Below are positions 9,072-18,863 of a DNA stretch of 64,000 nucleotides, piece after piece; within the stretch, counting starts at the first letter, position 1, and each line of letters begins with the position of its first letter. The notes beneath the pieces were generated by a model, which made no database searches, was not told where the DNA came from, and was given only the letters and a program-made list of their open reading frames with translations. The DNA comes from Actinomycetota bacterium (GTDB lineage Bacteria; Actinomycetota; Coriobacteriia; Anaerosomatales; UBA912): contig JAGXSC010000044.1 of assembly GCA_018334075.1 (NCBI GenBank), positions 53 through 64,052 of the forward strand, written 5' to 3'. The translations under genes were made by a program, and so were the position numbers.

Positions 9072-10067
9072 ATGATCAGAAAACGGGCACTTACCGGATA
9101 CCGGCCTACCGGAAAGCTCCATCTGGGCCACTGGTTCGGCAATCTTGGCAACATGCTTCAACTTCAGCATGATTACGACGCATACTACTTCATCGCCGAT
9201 TGGCACGCCCTCACAAGCGAATGGTCGGACACCAGCCAAATACGCTCTTTTAGCGAGGAGATGGTGCTCGATTGGTGTGCCGCTGGATTGGATCCCGAGA
9301 AGTGCACAATCTACAGGCAGTCCGACGTGCCTCAAGTGGCTGAGCTCATGATGTACTTCACCATGGTCACCCCGATGTCATGGCTGGAAAGAGTCCCCAG
9401 CTACAAGGAACAACGCGAGCAGGTCGTCGACAAGGATCTCGGAAATGTAGGATTCTTCCTCTACCCACTGCTGCAAGCCGCCGACATCGCAATCGTGCGA
9501 TCGGATGTCGTTCCAGTTGGAGAAGACCAGCTCCCGCACTTGGAGCTCACTCGCGAGATCGTCCGTCGCTTCAACAATGCGTACGGCGACTATCTCAGGG
9601 AGCCCCAGGCGGTTCTTGCGACTCAAGGGGCGCGAGTTCCGGGTACCGATGGTCGCAAGATGTCGAAATCGTACGGCAACGCCATCTATATAGCCGATAC
9701 CCCAGATGAGATTCGCGCCAAAGTCATGTCGATGATCACCGATCCCGCCCGCAAGCTCAAAACCGATCCTGGAGATCCGGATATCTGTCCTCTCCACCAG
9801 ATCCATAAGCTGATTGCAAGCGACGAAGAGATCGCTGAGTGGGACGTCTGTTGCCGAGCCGCTCGTTGCGGATGTGTCGCTCACAAGAAGAAGTTCGCCG
9901 ATGACCTCATCGATTATCTTGCCGAGTTCCGAGAGAGGCGTGCGGCTTTGAGCGCGACACCGGACTTCGCATGGCAGGTGCTCGATGCGGGCGCGAAGAG
10001 GGTGTTACCCCTGGCCGAAGAGGTCCTTCAGCACTGCAGGCGCAATCTGGCGATAGACACTACATAA
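9072..10067 (+). CDS. trpS: tryptophan--tRNA ligase
   Basis: HIGH-type motif (GKLHLGH) and KMSKS (RKMSKSYGN). 331 aa. Confidence 0.93.
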   Translation: MIRKRALTGYRPTGKLHLGHWFGNLGNMLQLQHDYDAYYFIADWHALTSEWSDTSQIRSFSEEMVLDWCAAGLDPEKCTIYRQSDVPQVAELMMYFTMVTPMSWLERVPSYKEQREQVVDKDLGNVGFFLYPLLQAADIAIVRSDVVPVGEDQLPHLELTREIVRRFNNAYGDYLREPQAVLATQGARVPGTDGRKMSKSYGNAIYIADTPDEIRAKVMSMITDPARKLKTDPGDPDICPLHQIHKLIASDEEIAEWDVCCRAARCGCVAHKKKFADDLIDYLAEFRERRAALSATPDFAWQVLDAGAKRVLPLAEEVLQHCRRNLAIDTT

Positions 10068-10081
10068 GGACAGTTGAACCG

Positions 10082-10864
10082 TTGGCTTACAAGGTAAAAA
10101 CATCGGTTTTCGAAGGTCCCTTCGATCTGCTCTTGCACCTGGTCTCACGCCAGAGGCTTGATATCAACGCGATCTCCATCGTAGAGATCACCGACCAGTA
10201 TCTTCACTACGTCGATCGAATGAACGATCTTGATCTCGATGTCGCCAGTGACTTTCTGTTGGTTGCCGCGACTCTACTGGAGATCAAAGCTTCATCACTG
10301 GCTCCAAAGGAGATGCCTTTTCTTGTAGGCGATGAGCTCGATGACCTTCCCATTGACGAAGCGCGAGATCTTCTTGTCGCCAGATTGTTGGCGTATCAGC
10401 AGTTCAAGAACGTCGCACTGGAGCTGGGCGCTCGGATGGAGTCCTCGGCAAGGACGCATCCGCGCAATGCGGGAATCGAGACCCCGTTTGTCAATTTGAC
10501 GCCGGACTATCTCGGCGGAGTCACCCTCCATACGCTTGCTGTTATCTGTGCGGATCTGGTATCTCGGAGGCGAACATTCCTTTTGGCCGCCGATCATGTC
10601 GCCACCAAGCCGATCTCACTCGAAGCGCACTGTCGTGATCTTGCATCGCGACTTGTGAGGGAGAAAATAGTACGCTTCAGCCGGATGTATGAAGGCTCAG
10701 CTGTGACCCCGGAGGTGTTAGTCGCAGGGTTTCTCGCGGTGCTGGAGCTATACAAGCGAGGTATCGCCAGTGTTCGGCAGGACGACCTTTTCGGCGACAT
10801 CATAATTGAGTTGATCGACAAGGAGGCGGCTGAATCGCCTTTTTGGTTGGAGGAGGAACTATGA
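10082..10864 (+). CDS. scpA: segregation and condensation protein A
   Basis: The FEGPFDLLLHLV N-terminal signature. TTG 10082 follows AAGGA; the ORF-track start 9971 overlaps trpS. Confidence 0.85.
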   Translation: MAYKVKTSVFEGPFDLLLHLVSRQRLDINAISIVEITDQYLHYVDRMNDLDLDVASDFLLVAATLLEIKASSLAPKEMPFLVGDELDDLPIDEARDLLVARLLAYQQFKNVALELGARMESSARTHPRNAGIETPFVNLTPDYLGGVTLHTLAVICADLVSRRRTFLLAADHVATKPISLEAHCRDLASRLVREKIVRFSRMYEGSAVTPEVLVAGFLAVLELYKRGIASVRQDDLFGDIIIELIDKEAAESPFWLEEEL

Positions 10865-11493
10865 GCGCCAGTAGCCGGACACACTTGAAGGGTGCACTCG
10901 AGGCCCTGTTGTTCGTTAGCGATGAGCCGGTCAGCATCGCGCATCTTGCGCGGGCTCTTGAGGCAGAAGAGGCGGTTGTCGCCTCGGCGCTAAGCGAACT
11001 GCAAGCGGAGTATCTTGCCGAGGAGCGAGGTTTCCAGCTAAGAGAGGCTGCCGGCGGATGGCGCCTCTACACACACCCGGCGTATCACGAACAGATCGAG
11101 AGCTACATACTCTCATGGGACACCAGGCGAATCACGCAGGCCGCACTTGAGGCTCTCGCGGTTATCGCGTACCACCAGCCGGTCACAAGAGCTGGGGTCA
11201 ACGCTGTGCGCGGCGTTAACTCCGAAGGCGTCATCAGCTCCCTGGTAGACAAGGGCCTCGTTCGCGAGACGGGACGCGACAAAAACCACAACAACGCGAT
11301 TCTCTACGGGACGACCCGCTCGTTTCTGGAGAAGTTTGGGCTAAAAAGCCTCGATGATCTGCCTCCGCTCGAAGAGTTCGCCCCGGATCCCAGAACCGAG
11401 CGTGCCATCAGAGAGCGCTTGGGTGCGCTCGATGGCTCATCGCTAGATGAGCTTGCGCTCGAGGATCGGGAGGGTTCGGCGGAATCCGAGTGA
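10861..11493 (+). CDS. scpB: segregation and condensation protein B
   Basis: ALEALLFVSDEPV signature. GAGGAGG RBS before ATG 10861. ATGA overlap with scpA. Confidence 0.88.
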   Translation: MSASSRTHLKGALEALLFVSDEPVSIAHLARALEAEEAVVASALSELQAEYLAEERGFQLREAAGGWRLYTHPAYHEQIESYILSWDTRRITQAALEALAVIAYHQPVTRAGVNAVRGVNSEGVISSLVDKGLVRETGRDKNHNNAILYGTTRSFLEKFGLKSLDDLPPLEEFAPDPRTERAIRERLGALDGSSLDELALEDREGSAESE

Positions 11494-12212
11494 TGAGACT
11501 GCAGAAGTTCCTGGCGCGCTGCGGGGTAGCTTCTCGCCGAGCCAGCGAAAAGCTGATCGCTTCAGGGAGGGTGAGCGTAAACGGCGTCGTTGTCACGGGT
11601 CTGGCAGAGCGGATAGACCCCGCGGTCGATCTCGTTGAGGTCGATGGCCGCGCTGTCTCACGCGATGAGAGCTTTGTGTACATCATGCTGAATAAGCCCG
11701 CTGGTTATATCACTTCGATGGGCGATCCGTTCGACCGGCCTACGGTAAGCGATCTTGTTCCCGATGACTTTGCTGGACTTTTTCCGGTTGGGCGGCTGGA
11801 TAAGGAGACAACCGGAGCGTTGCTCTTTACAAACAATGGGGAATTGGGATTCAGATTGCTTCATCCGAAGTATCATGTTCAGAAGGTGTATGAAGTTAGG
11901 GTAAAGTACCCTGTTACCGATGATCAGGTGCGCAAGCTCACCGAAGGTATCGAGCTCGACGATGGACTTACTTTACCCGCTAAGACCGTGTTGCTCGATG
12001 AGGCGAAAGACAAGACCCTCGTGCATCTGACGATCACAGAGGGTAGAAAGCGGCAGGTAAGGCGCATGTTTGCTGCGATATCGAACCCGGTATTGCTCTT
12101 GCACAGGGTATCTTTTGGCCCGCTGTCGCTAGGGGATCTTGCAAGTGGGCATTGGCGCCATCTGACCGATGCGGAGATCGAGAGTTTGCTCAGGATTGGA
12201 GATGACAGTTGA
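11493..12212 (+). CDS. rluB: 23S rRNA pseudouridine synthase (RluB/RsuA family, S4 domain)
   Basis: N-terminal S4 domain (RLQKFLARCGVASRR) and catalytic GRLDKETTG. The start overlaps the scpB stop (TGATG). Confidence 0.88.
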   Translation: MRLQKFLARCGVASRRASEKLIASGRVSVNGVVVTGLAERIDPAVDLVEVDGRAVSRDESFVYIMLNKPAGYITSMGDPFDRPTVSDLVPDDFAGLFPVGRLDKETTGALLFTNNGELGFRLLHPKYHVQKVYEVRVKYPVTDDQVRKLTEGIELDDGLTLPAKTVLLDEAKDKTLVHLTITEGRKRQVRRMFAAISNPVLLLHRVSFGPLSLGDLASGHWRHLTDAEIESLLRIGDDS

Positions 12213-13018
12213 GCCAGCTACAGAAAACGCCGATGAGGCCGATAAGCGATATCCATGAAGCACTCGCGTTGCTTACCATCATCCCAGGCCCAAAGGCAAA
12301 AACTGCACCGACTCCAGCTATAACCCCATGGTTTCCCTGGGTGGGCGCACTTCTCGGCGTAGCGACCGTTGCTCCGCTCGTGGCTATAGGTGCTGTGAAC
12401 GCTGATAGCGGGCAAGGGGAGTTGCTGGCTCGCGGGGCCGTACTCTTCGCTGCACTTCTTGTTGCGCTTCAGCATCTACTCTCTAGGCTGATCCACTTTT
12501 CCGGTCTCGCCGCAGTGGCTGATGCCTGGTGGGGTGGGGGTACTCCGGTTCTAAGGGTAGAGCGACTTGTCGCCGATTCTATCGGAACTAAAGGCGCTGC
12601 CGCTGTGGCTCTGGCAACGTTTGTTTGCATCGGCTCAATTTCGCTGATATTGGTAAGCGGACAAGCCATTCTCCTGCTGGCAGCCGTACCCATGCTGGGT
12701 CGTTTCTCGGCGATGTTCGGGAGTTGGCTTGGCGCCATTGCGAGCCCGCAAGAGCGATTTTCCGGGCTTATCGGCCGCCCGAACGCAATAGGTTTGCTGA
12801 TCTTCGCCCTCGCAGTTGTCGCTCTCGGCTACGGAATGTTTCACTTTTATGACCGCTCAGGCTTGATGTGGGCGGCGGCGGGGCTTTTCATAGCCTTGAC
12901 GGTGCCTCATCAACTTGCTGAGCGCTTTCGCGGCGTGACGCGCGAAGTCACTAACGCCAGCTCTCTAGTCACCGAGATGATCTGTCTGGTGATTGCCGCG
13001 ATATGGCTGAGCTGGTGA
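12209..13018 (+). CDS. CobS-family (adenosylcobinamide-GDP ribazoletransferase-like) membrane protein with divergent motifs
   Basis: Polytopic membrane protein. ALALLTIIPG, HFSGLAAVADA, ADSIGTKGAAAVAL and RGVTREV align to E. coli CobS FITRLPV, HLDGLADTCDG, RDSRLGTHGGLAL and GGQTGDT (from memory), with acidic residues replaced. Confidence 0.55.
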   Translation: MSQLQKTPMRPISDIHEALALLTIIPGPKAKTAPTPAITPWFPWVGALLGVATVAPLVAIGAVNADSGQGELLARGAVLFAALLVALQHLLSRLIHFSGLAAVADAWWGGGTPVLRVERLVADSIGTKGAAAVALATFVCIGSISLILVSGQAILLLAAVPMLGRFSAMFGSWLGAIASPQERFSGLIGRPNAIGLLIFALAVVALGYGMFHFYDRSGLMWAAAGLFIALTVPHQLAERFRGVTREVTNASSLVTEMICLVIAAIWLSW

Positions 13019-14154
13019 AAGAAGACTTCAGGCCTTTGATCGGAGGATCTGTGGATTACAGTGCGCTCATTCGCAAAGAGCTTGATGACATGACTCCTTA
13101 CACTCCGGGTCTTAGGGCATCGGAGCTAAGGAAGCGCTTTGGCCGAGACGATTTCATCAAGGTATCGAGCAACGAGTATCACGCCGGACCTGTACCCGAG
13201 GCCCTGCGCGCAATAGCCGCGCTCTCTTCTAGAGTGAACCGCTATCCCGACGGCTCAGCCCGAGCGCTAAAGCGACGCATCGCCAAGTGGCTGGACGTCG
13301 ATCACGCCAATGTTGCTGTCGGCGCTGGCTCCAACGAGTTGATTCGCCTCATAGCTCAGGCGGTCTTGCGCCCAGGTGATGAGGTTGTGTTCTCCTGGCC
13401 GAGCTTTGTGGTCTACCCGATGGTTGCTCAGATGTTTGGCGCTACCGCCGTAAGAGTGCCCTTGAGTGAGACGGACACTCACGATTTAGACAGGATGCTT
13501 CAGGCCATAACCGAACGTACGAGAATCGTCTTTCTGTGCAATCCAAATAATCCGACGGGCACCATCTACCACCGACTGGCGTTCGAGCGATTTTTGAGCG
13601 AGGTCCCCGAGCACGTTCTTGTTGTCGCAGATGAAGCATACTTCGAGTTTGTAACCGATGAGCACTTTCCAGACGCATTGGAGTACTTTGACGGATCGCG
13701 TCCCCTATGCGTTCTTCGGACATTCTCCAAGATATATTCGCTAGCCGGGCTTCGCATCGGCTATGGTGTGCTTCCCGAGCCTGTGCGAGTCGCAGTCGAT
13801 AAACTTCGGGAGCCGTTCAATACGAACATGTTGGGGCAGATAGCGGCATACTACTCCATGATGGCTTACGATGAGATCGACAGACGGACACGGGAAAACG
13901 CCGAGTGTAGGACGCGGCTCTGTGAAGCTTTTGATGAGCTGGGATTCGAGTACGCCGCTTCGCAGGCAAATTTCGTTTATCTGAAGTGCGATCGGCCCAA
14001 AGAGCTTTTTGAGGCTTTGCTCGGAGAGGGTATTATCGTCAGAGATTTCGGTGATACCCCTGCTTTGAGGGTAACGGTAGCCTCACCGGAAGATACCGAT
14101 GCAGTAATTGAAGCTTTTGGGAACGCAAGCGTTCGTCTCGGCGGAAATGTATAG
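13003..14154 (+). CDS. hisC: histidinol-phosphate aminotransferase
   Basis: Class II aminotransferase with the PLP-lysine motif TFSKIYSLAGLRIGY and N-terminal PYTPG. Confidence 0.85.
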   Translation: MAELVKEDFRPLIGGSVDYSALIRKELDDMTPYTPGLRASELRKRFGRDDFIKVSSNEYHAGPVPEALRAIAALSSRVNRYPDGSARALKRRIAKWLDVDHANVAVGAGSNELIRLIAQAVLRPGDEVVFSWPSFVVYPMVAQMFGATAVRVPLSETDTHDLDRMLQAITERTRIVFLCNPNNPTGTIYHRLAFERFLSEVPEHVLVVADEAYFEFVTDEHFPDALEYFDGSRPLCVLRTFSKIYSLAGLRIGYGVLPEPVRVAVDKLREPFNTNMLGQIAAYYSMMAYDEIDRRTRENAECRTRLCEAFDELGFEYAASQANFVYLKCDRPKELFEALLGEGIIVRDFGDTPALRVTVASPEDTDAVIEAFGNASVRLGGNV

Positions 14155-15312
14155 ATGGGCGGGAAGTTGGAGTTTCCTAGAATCTGCATAATCGGCGTGG
14201 GGCTTATCGGCGGCTCGATTGCCTCTGCCGCAAAACGGCTCGATCCGCGTCAGTATATAGTCGGTATCGATATGGACGTCGCTTCGTTGGAGTTCGCGCT
14301 CGAACACAACCTGATCGATGAAGGAGCCACCCCTGCAGACTCGGTAGTCAACTCCTGGCTTGGCGCCGATAGTGCCAGCGGTCTTGCCTGTGATCTGGTT
14401 TTGCTGGCGACTCCCGCATCATCTGCCGAGGAGTGGTTTCAGGTTTTAGGGGCATCCGGGTTCGAGGGCGTCATAACCGATGTAGCATCGACAAAGCGCA
14501 AGGTGCTGGAGGCCGCGCAGCGACACCTGAAGGATCCCGGCGCTTTTGTCGGCGGTCATCCGATGGCGGGATCGGAGGTCAGCGGTGTGACCGCGGCCCG
14601 ACCCGACCTCTTCAAGGGTGCGTACTATGTGCTTACCCCAACACGTGAGACCAACGCCGAGGCCTTTCGGAAGTTGCACGCATTCGTTGGCTCTTTGGGC
14701 GCGCGGGTTCTATCTGTCGATGCCAACGAGCACGACAGCGCGGTAGCTATCATTAGTCACGTTCCCCACGTAACCGCATCCGCACTCGTCGATCTCGCCA
14801 AAATTCATGCAGGTGAGGGCGATGAGCTGCTGCGTCTTGCTGCTGGCGGCTTCAAGGATACAACCCGCATTGCCGCTGGTAGTCCCGATCTTTGGACGGG
14901 CATCTGTCTGGACAATGCGGACGCCATCGCCGCTGGGGTCGATGAGCTCATAGCGGTTCTCTCGGATTTCGCCGGCAAAGTTCGAGCTCGTGATGGTGAA
15001 GCGCTACGCGCATGGCTCGCGCACGCAGCCGATGTCCGGCGCGCACTTCCGGCTCAGTGGGTTCCTGCTACAGAACGTCTAACCGAAGTCATAATTCCGA
15101 TGGTGGACAAACCAGGCGTCATCAGTGAGGTAACAGCGGCGGTCGGGCGGGCTGGATGTAACATCGAAGCGATCGAGATAGATCACATCTCCGAGGACAC
15201 GGCGCTGCTTGTGCTCGCCCTTACCGATGAAGGTGATTTCGACAGGCTTTTCAGGGAGCTTGTTTCTTGCGGATATGATCCGTTGTTCAGGCCCATTGAG
15301 CCTCTGGAGTGA
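14155..15312 (+). CDS. tyrA: prephenate dehydrogenase with C-terminal ACT domain
   Basis: Rossmann motif IIGVGLIGGS, GGHPMAGSE, and a C-terminal ACT-like segment. Confidence 0.85.
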   Translation: MGGKLEFPRICIIGVGLIGGSIASAAKRLDPRQYIVGIDMDVASLEFALEHNLIDEGATPADSVVNSWLGADSASGLACDLVLLATPASSAEEWFQVLGASGFEGVITDVASTKRKVLEAAQRHLKDPGAFVGGHPMAGSEVSGVTAARPDLFKGAYYVLTPTRETNAEAFRKLHAFVGSLGARVLSVDANEHDSAVAIISHVPHVTASALVDLAKIHAGEGDELLRLAAGGFKDTTRIAAGSPDLWTGICLDNADAIAAGVDELIAVLSDFAGKVRARDGEALRAWLAHAADVRRALPAQWVPATERLTEVIIPMVDKPGVISEVTAAVGRAGCNIEAIEIDHISEDTALLVLALTDEGDFDRLFRELVSCGYDPLFRPIEPLE

Positions 15313-15319
15313 TTTTGCA

Positions 15320-16651
15320 GTGAAATTTCGAGTATCGCGTTCAGCACAACCGATAAAAGGCGAGATTCGTGTCCCGAGTGATAAGTCTCTCTCGCACAGA
15401 TCCGTTATGTTCGCCGCCATGGCCGAAGGCGTCTCCCGGATCACCGGGGTGCTCAATAGCGAAGACGTTCACTCGACGATGGCTGCCGTACGGGCGCTCG
15501 GCGCCGAAGTTCGCGTTCTCTCTGAAGATCAGTCAGGACTGACAGTCGAGGTCGTTGGTTGGGGTGCGAGAGGGCCTGTGCCGGTTGCGTCTGTGATCGA
15601 CTGCGGGAACAGTGGAACTACCGCTCGATTGATATGTGGGATCATCGCGCCATGGCCTATCAGCGTTACACTCTCTGGCGATGAGTCTCTATCCAGACGT
15701 CCGATGCGAAGGGTCACCGATCCTCTGACGATGATGGGCGCCATCTTTCAAGCCACGCAAGACCGTCTCCCCATGGTCGTGACGGGCGGGACCCTAAAGC
15801 CAATCGAATACGCCACACCTGTTTCAAGCGCGCAGGTAAAAAGCGCGGTGCTACTCGCCGGGCTCAACGCCAAAGGAAAAACCGTGGTCATCGAGCCAGC
15901 GCCGAGCCGCGATCATACCGAAAGAATGCTGGAGTCCTTCGGTGTGAGGGTGGGACGTGATCCCGAGAAGCTTCGGGCTTGGGTCGAGGGACCGGTCTTG
16001 CTGCGAGCATCCGATCTCTCGGTTCCGGCCGATCCTTCTTCGGCTGCCTTTATCGTCGCCGCAGCGCTTGTTGTCCCTGGCAGCAAGGTCGTTATCCACG
16101 ATGTTTGCCTGAATCCGACCCGGATCGGATTTTTGCGCGTCCTGGAGCGAATGGGCGCGGACATCGAGGTCAACGTCGAGGATGGCCTCCAAGGCGGCGA
16201 ACCGGTAGGCTCAATCGTCGCACAATTCACTTCTCGGCTGAATCCGACGGTTGTAACCGCCGAGGAGGTTCCCGCGCTGGTTGACGAGATCCCGGTGCTT
16301 GCACTTATAGCCGCGACCGCCGCAGGGACAACTCGTTTTGAGGGTGTCGGCGAACTTCGCGTGAAGGAGAGCGATCGTCTCCAGGCTATCTATGACGGAA
16401 TGGTCGCGCTTGGAGTAAACGCCCGGGCCTCGGAGAGTACGCTTGAGGTCGATGGAATCTCCGATCTGCCAGGCCACCGCGCAGGCTTCGCCTCTGCCTC
16501 TCTCGACTCCCTTGGGGATCATCGACTCGCGATGGTGTGGGCGGTTGCCGGGCTGGCGGCTGCGGAGCATATAGAGATCGACAGGTTTGAAGCAGTAAGT
16601 GTTTCCTACCCGGGGTTTGCCGACGATATGGCCTCGCTAGGTGCGTGGTGA
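15320..16651 (+). CDS. aroA: 3-phosphoshikimate 1-carboxyvinyltransferase (EPSP synthase)
   Basis: PSDKSLSHR and CGNSGTTARL motifs. GTG 15320 was chosen because ORF-track start 15209 overlaps tyrA. Confidence 0.92.
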   Translation: MKFRVSRSAQPIKGEIRVPSDKSLSHRSVMFAAMAEGVSRITGVLNSEDVHSTMAAVRALGAEVRVLSEDQSGLTVEVVGWGARGPVPVASVIDCGNSGTTARLICGIIAPWPISVTLSGDESLSRRPMRRVTDPLTMMGAIFQATQDRLPMVVTGGTLKPIEYATPVSSAQVKSAVLLAGLNAKGKTVVIEPAPSRDHTERMLESFGVRVGRDPEKLRAWVEGPVLLRASDLSVPADPSSAAFIVAAALVVPGSKVVIHDVCLNPTRIGFLRVLERMGADIEVNVEDGLQGGEPVGSIVAQFTSRLNPTVVTAEEVPALVDEIPVLALIAATAAGTTRFEGVGELRVKESDRLQAIYDGMVALGVNARASESTLEVDGISDLPGHRAGFASASLDSLGDHRLAMVWAVAGLAAAEHIEIDRFEAVSVSYPGFADDMASLGAW

Positions 16652-16656
16652 CAAAG

Positions 16657-17352
16657 ATGGAGCTACCTTTGCTGATCGCAATTGACGGTCCCGCCGGCTC
16701 GGGAAAATCCACCGTCGCAAAGATTTTGGCAAGGCGGCTTGGGTTTCGCTATCTCGATACAGGCGCCATGTACAGGTGCGTGGCGCTTTTGGCTCTTCGA
16801 GCAGGCATAGCCCTCGATGACGACGAAGCCGTAGGCAGGCTCGCAAAATCAGCTGAAATCGAGTTTTCTGTGCTCTCGCCAGAGGGCAGGAACACTGGCG
16901 CGATTCTCTCGCAGCAAGTACTTCTCGATGGCGAGGACGTCACCGCTTTGATACGCACCGCAGCCGTCGATGATGCGGTCTCACAGGTATCGAAGTTGCC
17001 ATCTGTGCGCACCGCCATGCTCGCCAAGCAAAAGGTATTCGGCGAGTCGGGTGAAAGCCTTGTCGCTGAAGGACGCGACACAGGTACTGTTATCTTTCCC
17101 GACGCGAAGCTCAAAGTTTATCTCACGGCATCGGCTTCCGAGCGAGCGAAGCGCCGTTATACCGAGTTTACCGGCCGAGGAGAGCAGGTCAGCTCGGCGG
17201 CTGTAAGCGAAAGCATGAACGCCCGTGATGAGGCGGACGCCACTCGGCAGGTGGGTCCGCTGACAATCGCATCCGATGCGCATGTAATCGATACCACCGG
17301 TGTCTCCATCGATGAGGTCGTCGACAGAATTGTCGCGTTAGCGAAGGCTTGA
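16657..17352 (+). CDS. cmk: cytidylate kinase
   Basis: IAIDGPAGSGKST P-loop. GTG 16645 is an alternative start. Confidence 0.92.
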   Translation: MELPLLIAIDGPAGSGKSTVAKILARRLGFRYLDTGAMYRCVALLALRAGIALDDDEAVGRLAKSAEIEFSVLSPEGRNTGAILSQQVLLDGEDVTALIRTAAVDDAVSQVSKLPSVRTAMLAKQKVFGESGESLVAEGRDTGTVIFPDAKLKVYLTASASERAKRRYTEFTGRGEQVSSAAVSESMNARDEADATRQVGPLTIASDAHVIDTTGVSIDEVVDRIVALAKA

Positions 17353-18023
17353 TGATGTCAACTGTCGATCCACTGCGGCCAACTGGGAACTTTCTTCTGG
17401 CTCGCTTCGTCAGGATCATCCCGGCGTGGGTGTTTCGGCTCCTTTTCCGGGTGCGCGTCATCGGCGCCGACCGGATTCCTGAAGGGCCGTATATTTTGGC
17501 CGGCAACCACATATCTTACGCTGATCCAATGGTGCTCTGGTGCGTTTCCCCGAAGCCGGTGCACTTCATGGCTCACTCGGGTTTATGGAAAAATCCGATC
17601 CTCGGCTGGGGTCTTTCGCGCCTATGGGCCTTTCCTGTCCAGCGGCAGGCCGCTGACCGAAACGCACTCAAAATCGCCGAGACCCTACTGAAAAGAGGGG
17701 ATCCAATCGGGATATTTCCCGAAGGGACGCGTAATATTGAAGGCACGGCCAACCCGCAGCAAGGCGCTGCATTTCTGGCCCTGCGGACAGAAGCGCCCAT
17801 TGTGCCTGTCGGGATTGCGGGAACAGAGCTGATCAAGCCGCCAGGCGCTCGACTGATTCGGTTTCCCAGACTTACGATCTCTTACGGACAGCCCATTGAC
17901 CCTAGTGAAATTGCGGTGACCGATCGCAAGGAGCGCATCGAGGTCATGACCGCTATGCTTATGTCGCGCATCGCCGAGGAGATCAGCAACGCCTCTGCGC
18001 ACAGGACAGGCAGGAGAGATTGA
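17352..18023 (+). CDS. plsC: 1-acyl-sn-glycerol-3-phosphate acyltransferase
   Basis: HxxxxD motif (NHISYAD) and an FPEGTR motif. Confidence 0.85.
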   Translation: MMSTVDPLRPTGNFLLARFVRIIPAWVFRLLFRVRVIGADRIPEGPYILAGNHISYADPMVLWCVSPKPVHFMAHSGLWKNPILGWGLSRLWAFPVQRQAADRNALKIAETLLKRGDPIGIFPEGTRNIEGTANPQQGAAFLALRTEAPIVPVGIAGTELIKPPGARLIRFPRLTISYGQPIDPSEIAVTDRKERIEVMTAMLMSRIAEEISNASAHRTGRRD

Positions 18024-18024
18024 G

Positions 18025-18858
18025 ATGAAAGTCGAGATTGCCCGCTTTGCAGGCGTTTGTTATGGAGTCGAGAGGGCACTGCAACTCGCTGAACAGGCTG
18101 TATCGAAGGGACTTCCGGTGCATACGCTCGGGCCCTTGATCCATAATCCACAGGCGGTCAGCGAATTACAGGAAGCCGGGGTGGTTGCGGCTGACACGCC
18201 CGATTGTGTTGACAGTGGGATATTGATCATCCGCTCGCACGGCGTGGATCCCGCGATCATTCAGGCCTCGCAGGCCAAGGGATTGCATGTCATCGACGCT
18301 ACCTGCCCTCATGTTAGCAAGGTGCACGAGGCGGCAAGGAGCCTGAATTCCGAGGGTTACTCGGTGATCATCGTAGGCGAGGCCGATCATCCTGAAGTGG
18401 CCGGTATCATGGCGTATGCCGGCGGAGATGCGTTGGTAGTCGAGCGGGCCTGTGAGCTTCCCGAGCATCTGCCTTCACGCAAAATAGGTGTAGTGGTGCA
18501 GACCACCCAATCGGCTGCAAGGCTGTGCGAGGTTATCGAATCCATCATTCCCAGGACTCGTGAGATCCGGGTTATCAACACGATTTGCTCGGCAACGGCA
18601 AAGCGGCAACGCGCCGCCGAGGAGTTGGCGGCAAAAGTCGATGTGATGATCGTGGTTGGAGGACATAACTCCGGCAACACCACCCGCCTTACCGAAATTA
18701 GCACGGCGGTAAATCCGAATACCTACCATATTGAAACCGCCGATGAGATCGATAAAAAGTGGTTTGAATCAGCGCGCACCGTCGGTGTCACCGCCGGGGC
18801 GTCGACTCCAGACAAGCAGATGCGCGGGGTCGTGGCCGCTATCGAGTCTTTAGGGTAA
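18025..18858 (+). CDS. ispH: 4-hydroxy-3-methylbut-2-enyl diphosphate reductase
   Basis: AGVCYGVERAL N-terminal Cys motif. 277 aa, LytB/IspH family. Confidence 0.9.
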   Translation: MKVEIARFAGVCYGVERALQLAEQAVSKGLPVHTLGPLIHNPQAVSELQEAGVVAADTPDCVDSGILIIRSHGVDPAIIQASQAKGLHVIDATCPHVSKVHEAARSLNSEGYSVIIVGEADHPEVAGIMAYAGGDALVVERACELPEHLPSRKIGVVVQTTQSAARLCEVIESIIPRTREIRVINTICSATAKRQRAAEELAAKVDVMIVVGGHNSGNTTRLTEISTAVNPNTYHIETADEIDKKWFESARTVGVTAGASTPDKQMRGVVAAIESLG

Positions 18859-18863
18859 GCCCC

